A DNA stretch of 64,000 nucleotides. Origin: an uncultured Acidobacteriota bacterium. Its GTDB lineage: Bacteria > Acidobacteriota > Blastocatellia > RBC074. Position numbers and translations under genes: made by a program. This document shows positions 13,894 through 22,552 of this stretch, one piece after another (position 1 is the first letter of the stretch; every line of letters begins with the position of its first letter). The notes under the pieces are model-generated. The model was given only the letters and a program-made list of their open reading frames with translations. It ran no database searches and had not been told where the DNA came from. The stretch is from NCBI GenBank assembly GCA_963796275.1, contig CAWCKY010000006.1, forward strand, positions 2,432,001 to 2,496,000, written 5' to 3'.

Positions 13894-15239
13894 ATTCATC
13901 TTCCAACCAATTCACCGGCAACCGAATCACGGGCACACAAATAACACGCCGCGCCATCCTGCGTGGGGCAGGCTGCACGCTGGCTTTGCCGTGGCTCGAA
14001 TCGTTTGCCGCGCGAGCAAAGGCTATGGGCGCCGCCAAATTCCCGCAACGCTTGGGCGTGGTCTTTCTCGGCTGCGGCGTCAACGAAGATCACTGGTGGT
14101 CTGAAGGTGAGGGCGCGGAGATGAAGCTGGGCAAATCGCTCGCGCCGCTGGAACCCTTGAAACACAAGCTCAACGTGATTCACGGCCTGTTCAACAAGTC
14201 GTCCGTCGGCTTGGGCGTCCATCCGCCGCAAACCGGCAGCCTGTTGACGGGCGCGACGCTTAGCAAGGGCGCGACGATTCGTTCTGGTATTTCGGTGGAT
14301 CAAATGATCGCCCGTCACGCCGGACAGGAAACCTTGCTACCGAGCATGGTACTCGCATGCGAACAGCCGATAACCGGGTTTCACGAGACGAATTACTCGA
14401 ATGTCTATAGCTCGCACATCTCCTGGCAGAGCGCCGAATCGCCCGTGCCCAACGAACTCTATCCTTCGCTGGCTTTCGACATGTTGTTCGAGAATCGCGG
14501 CAGCCTGCTCAACCTCGGCATCCTGGACCGAGTGAAAGAGCGCGCCGCGCGGCTGAGCCAACAACTCAGCGCGGATGACAATGCGCGGCTCGATGAATTC
14601 CTGACCAGCGTGCGGGAGGTGGAAATGCGCGTCGAAGGGATGCGCAAAGCAAAAGACAAAGCCGATGAACTGGCGCGCCTGAAAAATCGCCCCGTGTGGA
14701 GCATGGAGCGGCCCGTGAACGGTTTGCCCGAAGATTTGCGAGAACACTCGCGTCTGATGCTGGACCTCATCGCCCTGGCGTTTCAGACCGACAAGACCCG
14801 AGTCGCCACGTTGCTGATTTCGCGCGACCTTTCCGGCCTGGTCTATCCATTCCTCGACGTCAAACAGGGGCATCACGGCGCATCGCACTCCAACAACAAC
14901 GACGAATACGAACGCATCACTCGCTGGCACGTCAGCCAGTTGGCCTATTTGGCTGCGAAGCTCGACGCCATGCCGGAAGGCGACGGCACAGTGCTGGACA
15001 ATTCCTGCCTGCTGTTTCTCTCGAACCTGTGGATTGGCCGATCGCACAATAACACGCGGTTACCCATGGCGCTCGTCGGCGGACTCGGCGGCGCGCTGCG
15101 GACAGGCCGCACCCTGGATTACGTCAAAGCCGGCGACGATCGCCGCAAGGCGTGCAGCCTTTATCTGTCGTTGATGGATCGCATGGGGATCAATTTGGAG
15201 CGGTTCGGCGACGCCGATACCCGCCTCGAAAATCTTTGA
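13890..15239 (+). CDS. DUF1552 family protein
   Basis: TRRAILRGAGCTLALPWLES, SVDQMIA, LAFQTDKTRV, GTVLDNS. ATGA overlap with the upstream gene. Confidence 0.9.
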   Translation: MNSSSNQFTGNRITGTQITRRAILRGAGCTLALPWLESFAARAKAMGAAKFPQRLGVVFLGCGVNEDHWWSEGEGAEMKLGKSLAPLEPLKHKLNVIHGLFNKSSVGLGVHPPQTGSLLTGATLSKGATIRSGISVDQMIARHAGQETLLPSMVLACEQPITGFHETNYSNVYSSHISWQSAESPVPNELYPSLAFDMLFENRGSLLNLGILDRVKERAARLSQQLSADDNARLDEFLTSVREVEMRVEGMRKAKDKADELARLKNRPVWSMERPVNGLPEDLREHSRLMLDLIALAFQTDKTRVATLLISRDLSGLVYPFLDVKQGHHGASHSNNNDEYERITRWHVSQLAYLAAKLDAMPEGDGTVLDNSCLLFLSNLWIGRSHNNTRLPMALVGGLGGALRTGRTLDYVKAGDDRRKACSLYLSLMDRMGINLERFGDADTRLENL

Positions 15240-15374
15240 TCTCGCGTGGCCCGCGCCGCGCCTGTTCTCCTGACTTTCACGGACCGCGACTATTTGAATC
15301 GCATGATGACCATGACCAACCAGGTCGCGATAGCGCCTATGGTTTTTGAGATGAGCCGATTTCTCGTGTGAATT

Positions 15375-17147
15375 ATGAAAAGGACTGCTTACCAGACGCT
15401 ACTGATCTGCGTGGCGTTTGTCACCGCGACAAATCTGACTGCCGGCGTTCACGCGCAGCCCGCGAGAGGGAAGCCGAACGTCATCATCATCCTTTCAGAC
15501 GATCAGGGATACGGCGACATGTCGGCGCACGGCAACCCTGTGCTCAGGACACCCAATCTCGACCGGCTGCGCGGCGAGAGCGTCAGGCTGACCGACTTTC
15601 ACGTGGCGCCGATGTGTACGCCGACGCGTGGGCAATTGCTGACCGGCGTGGACGCGCTGCGCAACGGCGCGACCTCGGTGACGGCGGGACGCTCGCTGCT
15701 GCGGCCGGGCATTCCGACGATGGCCGAAATCTTCAAGGCCAGCGGCTATCGGACGGGCATCTTCGGCAAATGGCATCTGGGCGATTCGTGGCCGAATCTG
15801 CCGCAGCATCGCGGCTTTGATGAATCGGTCTATCACATCGGCTGGGGTGTTTCGTCGTTGGCCGCGACGTGGTTGAACGACAACTTCGACGATTTCTTCT
15901 TTCACAACGGCAAGCTCGAAAAGTATCCCGGTTACTGCACCGACGTCTGGTTCGATCAAAGCATGAAGTGGATAAAGGAACGTCAAATGCGCAACGAGCC
16001 ATTCTTCGTGTACCTGCCGACCAATGCGCCGCACGGACCGCAGTGGGTGGCCGACAAATACAAGAAGCCTTATGAAGGGAAAGGGCCGGCCCGCTTTTTT
16101 GGGATGATCGCGAACCTAGACGAGAACATGGGAAGGCTTGATGAGTTTCTGCGCGCGAGCGGCCTCTACGACGATACGATCGTGATCTTCATGAACGACA
16201 ACGGCGGCACGACAGGGGTCAACACGTTCAACGCCGGGATGCGCGACCGCAAAACGAGTTATTACGAAGGCGGGCATCGCGCGATCTGTTTTCTGCGCTG
16301 GCCGATGGGCGACTTACGCGCGGCGGGCGATGTTGACGCTTTGACCGAAGTACAAGACTTGTTGCCGACCTTGATTGATCTGCTTGCTTTGCGCGCGCCG
16401 AAGGAAGCGAAGTTCGACGGCGTGAGCCTGGCCGCTCTGCTGCGCGGCAAAACCGACCGGCTACCCGCTCTGCGAGATCGCATCCTGGTTGTGCAGTACG
16501 GCCAGACGCCCGCCAAATATCAAGCGGCGGTGATGTGGAACAAATGGCGGTTAGTCAATGGGACGGAGCTTTATGACCTGAAGACCGATCCCGGACAGCA
16601 ACACAACGTCGCTGCCGAACACGCTGATGTTGTGAAAAAACTGCGCACACATTATGACGGCTGGTGGGAAGATGTCGGGCCGCGTGTGGCGGAGTTTGTG
16701 CCTATTGTCATCGGTGCGCCCCAAGAGAACCCGGTACGTTTGACGGCGGTGGATTGGGCGGATGTTTATTGTGACAATACCGTCAACTGCTTGCTCCCCG
16801 GCGCCAACAAAAATGGACCGTGGACGGTGGAGATCGCGCGCAACGGACGCTACGAATTCGCGCTGCGCCGCTGGCCGGTGGAAGCAGATGCCGAGCTCAC
16901 GGCAGGCATGCCCGCCGTTAAGTTGACCGATGGCCAATACCCTGAAGGTAAAGCGATACCCATCGCCAAAGCGCGGTTGAAGATCGGCGATTACGACCAG
17001 ACGCTGCCGGTGAGGGCAAACGACAAGGCCGTCACCTTCATCCTTCCACTAAGGTCGACCGCGAAAACGCGCATGCAGACCTGGTTCTATGACGCGCAAG
17101 GCAAAGAATTGAGCGGCGCATATTTCGTCTATGCGCGCCGTCTGTGA
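15375..17147 (+). CDS. Arylsulfatase
   Basis: PNVIIILSDDQGYGD, CTPTRGQLLTG, FGKWHLG, signal peptide. Confidence 0.92.
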   Translation: MKRTAYQTLLICVAFVTATNLTAGVHAQPARGKPNVIIILSDDQGYGDMSAHGNPVLRTPNLDRLRGESVRLTDFHVAPMCTPTRGQLLTGVDALRNGATSVTAGRSLLRPGIPTMAEIFKASGYRTGIFGKWHLGDSWPNLPQHRGFDESVYHIGWGVSSLAATWLNDNFDDFFFHNGKLEKYPGYCTDVWFDQSMKWIKERQMRNEPFFVYLPTNAPHGPQWVADKYKKPYEGKGPARFFGMIANLDENMGRLDEFLRASGLYDDTIVIFMNDNGGTTGVNTFNAGMRDRKTSYYEGGHRAICFLRWPMGDLRAAGDVDALTEVQDLLPTLIDLLALRAPKEAKFDGVSLAALLRGKTDRLPALRDRILVVQYGQTPAKYQAAVMWNKWRLVNGTELYDLKTDPGQQHNVAAEHADVVKKLRTHYDGWWEDVGPRVAEFVPIVIGAPQENPVRLTAVDWADVYCDNTVNCLLPGANKNGPWTVEIARNGRYEFALRRWPVEADAELTAGMPAVKLTDGQYPEGKAIPIAKARLKIGDYDQTLPVRANDKAVTFILPLRSTAKTRMQTWFYDAQGKELSGAYFVYARRL

Positions 17148-17229
17148 GAGAAGTATTTCAATGCGACGGCTAGATTCGACAAGTGAGCGCAGACAGATGG
17201 GGGCCTCGGAGCAAACTGGGCAGCTGGAC

Positions 17230-17386
17230 AAAACTGTCGCCAACTTCACAAACGACAAAGGCGCGGATGAGCGTTTTAACTTAAAGCCGATCCTGATGTT
17301 CTGAAGAACCCGATAAGAATCCGGGGCAACCGGCGCTCAGGGATGAAACAGGAAAACTCAAACGATTGGTCAAGGAGACCCAGTGA
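17230..17386 (+). pseudogene. Degenerate sulfatase C-terminal remnant
   Basis: Reads KGADERFNLK(A)DPDVLKN...PALRDETGKLKRLVKETQ* across frameshifts; its TGA overlaps the GTG of the next sulfatase. Confidence 0.45.
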
Positions 17387-18945
17387 GGCAATTTCACCCG
17401 ATTCGACTTATTTTCGTCATCGCGTTGTCGCTGGTTTTCGCGTGCCAGGCTCTTGCCGTTCAGGCGCAGACTGGGCAACGTTCGCTGCAATTAGCGCGCA
17501 TCCCGAATGCCAAACCGCGCAACATCATTTTCATTCTCACGGACGATCATCGTTATGACGCGCTCGGATTTCTGAAGGGACAATCCTTCATCGAAACGCC
17601 GAGCCTCGACGCGATGGCGCGTAACGGCGTCTATCTCAAGAATGCATTTGTGACGACGGCGCTTTGTTCGCCATCGCGTGCCTCGATTCTGACCGGGCTC
17701 TATGCGCATCAGCATCGCGTTGTGGATAACAACAATCCGGTCTCGGACGACCTGTTTTTCTTTTCGCAATACCTGCAAAAGGCCGGGTACGAAACCGCTA
17801 TGATCGGCAAATGGCACATGGGCGGTGAGAAAGATGATCCGCAGCGTGGCTTTGACCACTGGGTCAGTTTCAAAGGGCAAGGAACATATTTTCCGAGCGC
17901 CAATGGCCTCAATATCAACGGTAAGCGCATCCCGCAAAAAGGATATATCACTGACGAATTGACTGATTACGCGCTGGAATGGCTCGGCAGCCGCAAGGGC
18001 GCCCGGCCGTTCATGCTTTATCTGTCGCATAAGGGTGTGCATTCCGAGTTCCTTCCGGCCGAGCGCCACAAAGGTCGGTACAAAGACAAAACATTTGTCG
18101 AACCTCGAACCATGAACCCCGACAACGTCAAGGATGCGCCGATGTGGGCGCGCAATCAGCGTAACAGTTGGCACGGCGTTGACTTTCCTTACCACAGCGA
18201 CCTCAACATCGCGGAGTATTACAAGCGGTACGCCGAGACATTGCTGGGCGTGGATGACAGCGTGGGCCGGGTGATGGATTGGCTGAAGCAGAAAGGGCTG
18301 TTGGATTCGACCCTGGTGATTTACATGGGCGACAACGGCTTCGCCTTCGGCGAACACGGCTTGATCGACAAGCGAACGGCTTACGAAGAGTCGATGCGCG
18401 TGCCGATGCTGATGCAGTGCCCGCAGCTCTTCAAAGCCGGTTCAACTGTCGAACAGGTCGTCGCCAACATAGACATCGCGCCCACGATTCTGGAAGCCGC
18501 CGGGCTTCAGACGCCGAAACACATGGCCGGAAAAAGCATCATCGCTCCAGCGCAGGGCAAGACCACGGGGCGGCGCGAGTCGCTGTTATACGAGTATTAC
18601 TGGGAGCGAAACTTTCCGCAGACGCCGACCATCCACGCGTTGCGCGGCGACCGCTACAAATACATTCACTATCACGGAATCTGGGATACGGATGAGTTGT
18701 ACGACCTGCAAGCCGATCCGCTGGAAACGACCAATCTGATCTTCAGTGAGGAGCATCAGGCGATGATCAAGCAGATGAATCGGCGGCTATTCGAGGCGCT
18801 CAATGAGAGCGCGGGGATGTATATTCCTCTCTATCCCGATCGCGGCGGCGTCAACCGGCTGAGGCGAAAAGGCGGCGCCAAAAACGCTGATTTCCCGCCA
18901 GAGTTCCTGCGGGAGAAAAACGTGGCGAACCCTCGAAACAAATGA
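17383..18945 (+). CDS. Sulfatase (N-acetylglucosamine-6-sulfatase-like)
   Basis: RNIIFILTDDH, CSPSRASILTG, GKWHMG, GEHGLIDKRTAYEES. Confidence 0.92.
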   Translation: MRQFHPIRLIFVIALSLVFACQALAVQAQTGQRSLQLARIPNAKPRNIIFILTDDHRYDALGFLKGQSFIETPSLDAMARNGVYLKNAFVTTALCSPSRASILTGLYAHQHRVVDNNNPVSDDLFFFSQYLQKAGYETAMIGKWHMGGEKDDPQRGFDHWVSFKGQGTYFPSANGLNINGKRIPQKGYITDELTDYALEWLGSRKGARPFMLYLSHKGVHSEFLPAERHKGRYKDKTFVEPRTMNPDNVKDAPMWARNQRNSWHGVDFPYHSDLNIAEYYKRYAETLLGVDDSVGRVMDWLKQKGLLDSTLVIYMGDNGFAFGEHGLIDKRTAYEESMRVPMLMQCPQLFKAGSTVEQVVANIDIAPTILEAAGLQTPKHMAGKSIIAPAQGKTTGRRESLLYEYYWERNFPQTPTIHALRGDRYKYIHYHGIWDTDELYDLQADPLETTNLIFSEEHQAMIKQMNRRLFEALNESAGMYIPLYPDRGGVNRLRRKGGAKNADFPPEFLREKNVANPRNK

Positions 18946-18965
18946 ATTGCTCCCGGAGACCGGAA

Positions 18966-19460
18966 TGCGTAAAAACTCCAAATTGATAATTACTATGCTG
19001 TTTTTACTGCTGACGCCGTCCGGTCAGGCGCAACAGCAGCCGGCGCAAGGTCCAAATCCGGCATCGTTGCCGGGAGAGGTGCCGCAGGGTTATCAAACCA
19101 TAGGCGAGACCAACCGCTACCTGCACGTTTTACCAACGGTTGATCGGGAAACGAAGGCGCAGCCGGCCGCGCGCCGTCCCATCGTCCTGTTGATCATCAC
19201 GGACGATCAGGGCTACGGTGATCTATCGCTACACGGGAATGAACAGATCAGAGAACCGGTCGAAACGGATGCTCTCGCGCCCAGCTGATCCAGCGCCCAC
19301 GGAAGTTTACCAAATGGAATGGGCGACATTGCGGGCCGGGGTTCTGACGCTGTCGCAAGGCAGGACAAAACTGACGTTGCGTGCTTTGGCGAAACCCGGC
19401 GAGGCAGTCATGGATCTGAAATCCGTTAATGTTGAAACAGATCGAGTGATTGGAGCTTAA
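18966..19460 (+). pseudogene. Internally deleted arylsulfatase
   Basis: Signal peptide and RPIVLLIITDDQGYGDLSLHGN are followed almost directly by a C-terminal-like tail (EVYQMEW...KPGEAVMDLK) in another frame; the CxPxR core is missing. Confidence 0.7.
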
Positions 19461-19462
19461 CG

Positions 19463-21151
19463 ATGGAGACGAGAAAAGTTTACGATGCGGTCATTGTCGG
19501 ATCGGGCGCCGCTGGCGGTATGGCGGCCTATATGCTGACCAAAGCAGGGATGAAAGTCCTGGTGCTGGAGGCCGGTCCGAAGCTCGACCTCTACAATGAC
19601 TTCAAAACGCACGTCTGGCCATACGAAGAAAAATATCGTGGAAGCATATCGCCGCGCGACGAGCACAATTACAAGTACGGTTTCGCCAATGGATACACAA
19701 CGCACATTTACGCGCGGCTGGATGAAAATCCATATTCAACACCGAAAGACAAACCTTTCGACTGGGTGCGCGCCAGGGCTGTCGGTGGACGCACGCTGGT
19801 CTGGGGGCGAGTCGCGTTGCGTTTGAGCCAGTTCGATTTCAAGGCAGCTTCGCATGACGGATACGGCGATGACTGGCCCATCTCCTACGATGACCTCAAG
19901 CCTTACTACGACGACGTAGACCGACTGATCGGCGTAATGGGAACCATGGAAGGCTTGCCGCAATTGCCCGACGGAATTTTCCAAAAACCGCAGCCGATGT
20001 TATGCGGCGAGCGGATTTTGCAACAGGGCGTGGAGAAAACCGGCCGCCGCCTGATCCCAACCCGCGCGGGAGTGATCAGCGAAAAGCTGGCGCGTAATAA
20101 GTACCGCGCTGCCTGTCATTATTGCGGGACATGCGGCAGAGGCTGCGATGTCGGCGCGATGTTCAATTCGCCTACCGGATTGCTGGCCCCGGCGAACGAC
20201 ACCGGTAATCTGACGCTGCGTTCGGATGCAGTAGTTCGCGAAGTTTTGATTGATCCGAAAACCGGCAAAGCCAGAGGGGTAAGTTTTGTCGATCGCAAGA
20301 CAAAGCGTGATTACGAGGCGTATGGCAAGGTCGTCATCCTCGGCGCGTCGACGTTGGAATCCACGCGCATCATGCTCAATTCCAAATCGCGCTTTTATCC
20401 CGATGGGCTGGCTAATTCGAGCGGCACGCTGGGGCGTTATCTGCACGACCACACCTGGGGCGTTAGTTTCACCGGCCTGGCGCAACAGTTGAAAGGCCGC
20501 GAAATCGTTAACGAAGATGGGCGTCCGCAGGGAACTTACATCCCGGCTTTCAGGAATCTGGACAAGGTATCGAAACGGTCGAAATACATTCGCCGCTTTG
20601 GTTATCAGGCGGGCAGCGGCGCGGGCATATTTCCCGGCCACGCGAAGTTGTTGCCGGGCCTCGGCGCAGATTTCAAAAGGGAAGTAATGGCCTGGCATCC
20701 CGCTATCGTGCGGATGAGCGCTTTCGGCGAGGTCCTTGCGCGCCGAGAAAATCACGTCTCGATTGATCCTAACCTGAAAGACGCCTGGGGCATTCCGGCT
20801 CTCAAAATCGACATCGATTACGGCGACAATGAACGCGATTTGACCGGCGATGCAATTGAGTGCGCGCGCGAGATGTTCGACACAGCGGGCATTGAGATGA
20901 TCTCCGAAAACCTTGAGATGTTCCCGCCGGGTCACAGCATCCACGAAGTGGGAACCGCGCGCATGGGCGATGATCCCAAAACTTCCATCCTGAATAAATT
21001 CAATCAGTCGCACGATATCAAAAACCTGTTTGTCGTGGATGGGAGCTGTTTCGTTTCGAGCGGCTGCGTGAATCCGACGCTGACGATTCTGGCGCTGGCA
21101 ATGAGGGCCAGCGATTATTTGATCGATGGATACAAGCGCGGCGAGATCTGA
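19463..21151 (+). CDS. GMC family oxidoreductase
   Basis: YDAVIVGSGAAGG, VGGRTLVWG, CHYCGTCGRGC, HEVGTARMG, VNPTLTI. Confidence 0.92.
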   Translation: METRKVYDAVIVGSGAAGGMAAYMLTKAGMKVLVLEAGPKLDLYNDFKTHVWPYEEKYRGSISPRDEHNYKYGFANGYTTHIYARLDENPYSTPKDKPFDWVRARAVGGRTLVWGRVALRLSQFDFKAASHDGYGDDWPISYDDLKPYYDDVDRLIGVMGTMEGLPQLPDGIFQKPQPMLCGERILQQGVEKTGRRLIPTRAGVISEKLARNKYRAACHYCGTCGRGCDVGAMFNSPTGLLAPANDTGNLTLRSDAVVREVLIDPKTGKARGVSFVDRKTKRDYEAYGKVVILGASTLESTRIMLNSKSRFYPDGLANSSGTLGRYLHDHTWGVSFTGLAQQLKGREIVNEDGRPQGTYIPAFRNLDKVSKRSKYIRRFGYQAGSGAGIFPGHAKLLPGLGADFKREVMAWHPAIVRMSAFGEVLARRENHVSIDPNLKDAWGIPALKIDIDYGDNERDLTGDAIECAREMFDTAGIEMISENLEMFPPGHSIHEVGTARMGDDPKTSILNKFNQSHDIKNLFVVDGSCFVSSGCVNPTLTILALAMRASDYLIDGYKRGEI

Positions 21152-21204
21152 TCCGATGGTCAGCGGACTTATCAACAAAAAACTCGAGTGAACAACGGAG
21201 AAAC

Positions 21205-21562
21205 ATGAGGCGTCTTTGCTTCTCTTTCTTGTCGGCGCGGTCCTGGCGATTGCTACATCGCCGGCCACATTGGCAAACGCCCCGCCGAAGAGTTGTACGA
21301 TGTGAGCAAAGATCCCGACTGCTTGACCAATCTGGCGGGCGATTCAGAGTACCAGGCGATAAAGCAAAAGCTGCGACTTCAAATGGAGGACGAACTCAAA
21401 GCGCAGGGCGATCCGCGAATGTTCGGCAAAGGTCACATCTTCGACCAGTACCAGTACGCCAATCCCGCGCAACGGAATTTTTACGAACGATTTATGCGAG
21501 GGGAAAAACCCAAAGCGGGTTGGGTGAATGAATCGGATTTCGAGAAAGAACCGATCAGATAA
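21205..21562 (+). pseudogene. Signal-peptide remnant joined to a sulfatase C-terminus
   Basis: GGAG plus ATG, frameshifted hydrophobic leader, then GKRPAEELYDVSKDPDCLTNLA...QGDPR. Confidence 0.7.
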
Positions 21563-21636
21563 TCCTGATGCCCAGGGCTTGTTTCCACGCGGATCACTGG
21601 CGGTCGCGTCTGCTTTATTGTTAACAAGAGGTTTAA

Positions 21637-22536
21637 TTGCCCATGTCTTTTGATGCCATGCGTCGTGCCACGCGCTCCATCGCCGTTTTGATTTTCGTGG
21701 CTCTGTGCGCCACGGCCGCGTCCCAGACGGCTACGACGCAGACCGCGGCGGGCGTATCAGCGCCGCTCGACCTGTCGGGGTATGACCTGCGCTTATTTTA
21801 CGAAAATGATTTCAGCCGGCCGCAGAAGATTGCCCGCGAAGAGGATCTGATTGAGCAGGCCGGCGCCGTCTGGAGACGCAAAGCCAATCCCGCGCCCGAT
21901 GCGGAGTGGATCGCCGAGGGATGGGGAGGCGCGGAGGGTCGCGACGGCCGGCTGCTTGTGGCCCCATCGCCTTTTGACGCGTCCGGCAAACCACGATCTG
22001 TCGAACAGGGCCGTCGCTCACATATGGTGATCTGGAATAGCCGCACCTTTCCGGCGGACTTCCTCCTCGAATTCGAGATGAGCCCCTGCGGATCTACCAA
22101 CGGGCTTACCATTGTTCTCTTCTGCGCCGCTGGACTGAATGGCGAAGATATTTTCGACTTGTCACTGCCGCCGCGCCGGGCCGAATATCAAGCCTATCAC
22201 AGCGGATTGATAAGCAACTACACCGATTCCTACTGGAGCCGGAACAACGAGGCGGAAAGCCTCTCAAATCGCCTTCGCAAGAATCCTGGCTTCAAACAGG
22301 TGGCCGAAGGCCAGAGCCTGACCACCGGCCCGACCGATGTTAGGCATCGTCTTCGTATTCTCAAGAGCGGCGCGCGCATTGAAGTTGAAGTCAACGGCAA
22401 GGTCGCCATCAGGTTTGACGACCCCGAACGCCCGCACGGCGTGGGGCGGATCGGGCTGCGTTCAATGGAAGGCGTGACTATGGTAGCTTACGACAACTTC
22501 AAAGTATGGCAGGTTACCGCCAAACGAATCCAATAA
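21637..22536 (+). CDS. DUF1961 (YesU-like) secreted protein
   Basis: YENDFS, HMVIW..FPADFLLEFE, GLTIVLF, LRKNPGF, GRIGLRSM, YDNFKV. Confidence 0.75.
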   Translation: MPMSFDAMRRATRSIAVLIFVALCATAASQTATTQTAAGVSAPLDLSGYDLRLFYENDFSRPQKIAREEDLIEQAGAVWRRKANPAPDAEWIAEGWGGAEGRDGRLLVAPSPFDASGKPRSVEQGRRSHMVIWNSRTFPADFLLEFEMSPCGSTNGLTIVLFCAAGLNGEDIFDLSLPPRRAEYQAYHSGLISNYTDSYWSRNNEAESLSNRLRKNPGFKQVAEGQSLTTGPTDVRHRLRILKSGARIEVEVNGKVAIRFDDPERPHGVGRIGLRSMEGVTMVAYDNFKVWQVTAKRIQ

Positions 22537-22552
22537 CTCGGTTAGAAACGCT

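Noticed and set aside
11707-21268. Long antisense ORFs (e.g. 11707-12699, 12892-13899, 20000-21268)
   Set aside because: They are shadow frames of well-supported high-GC genes.
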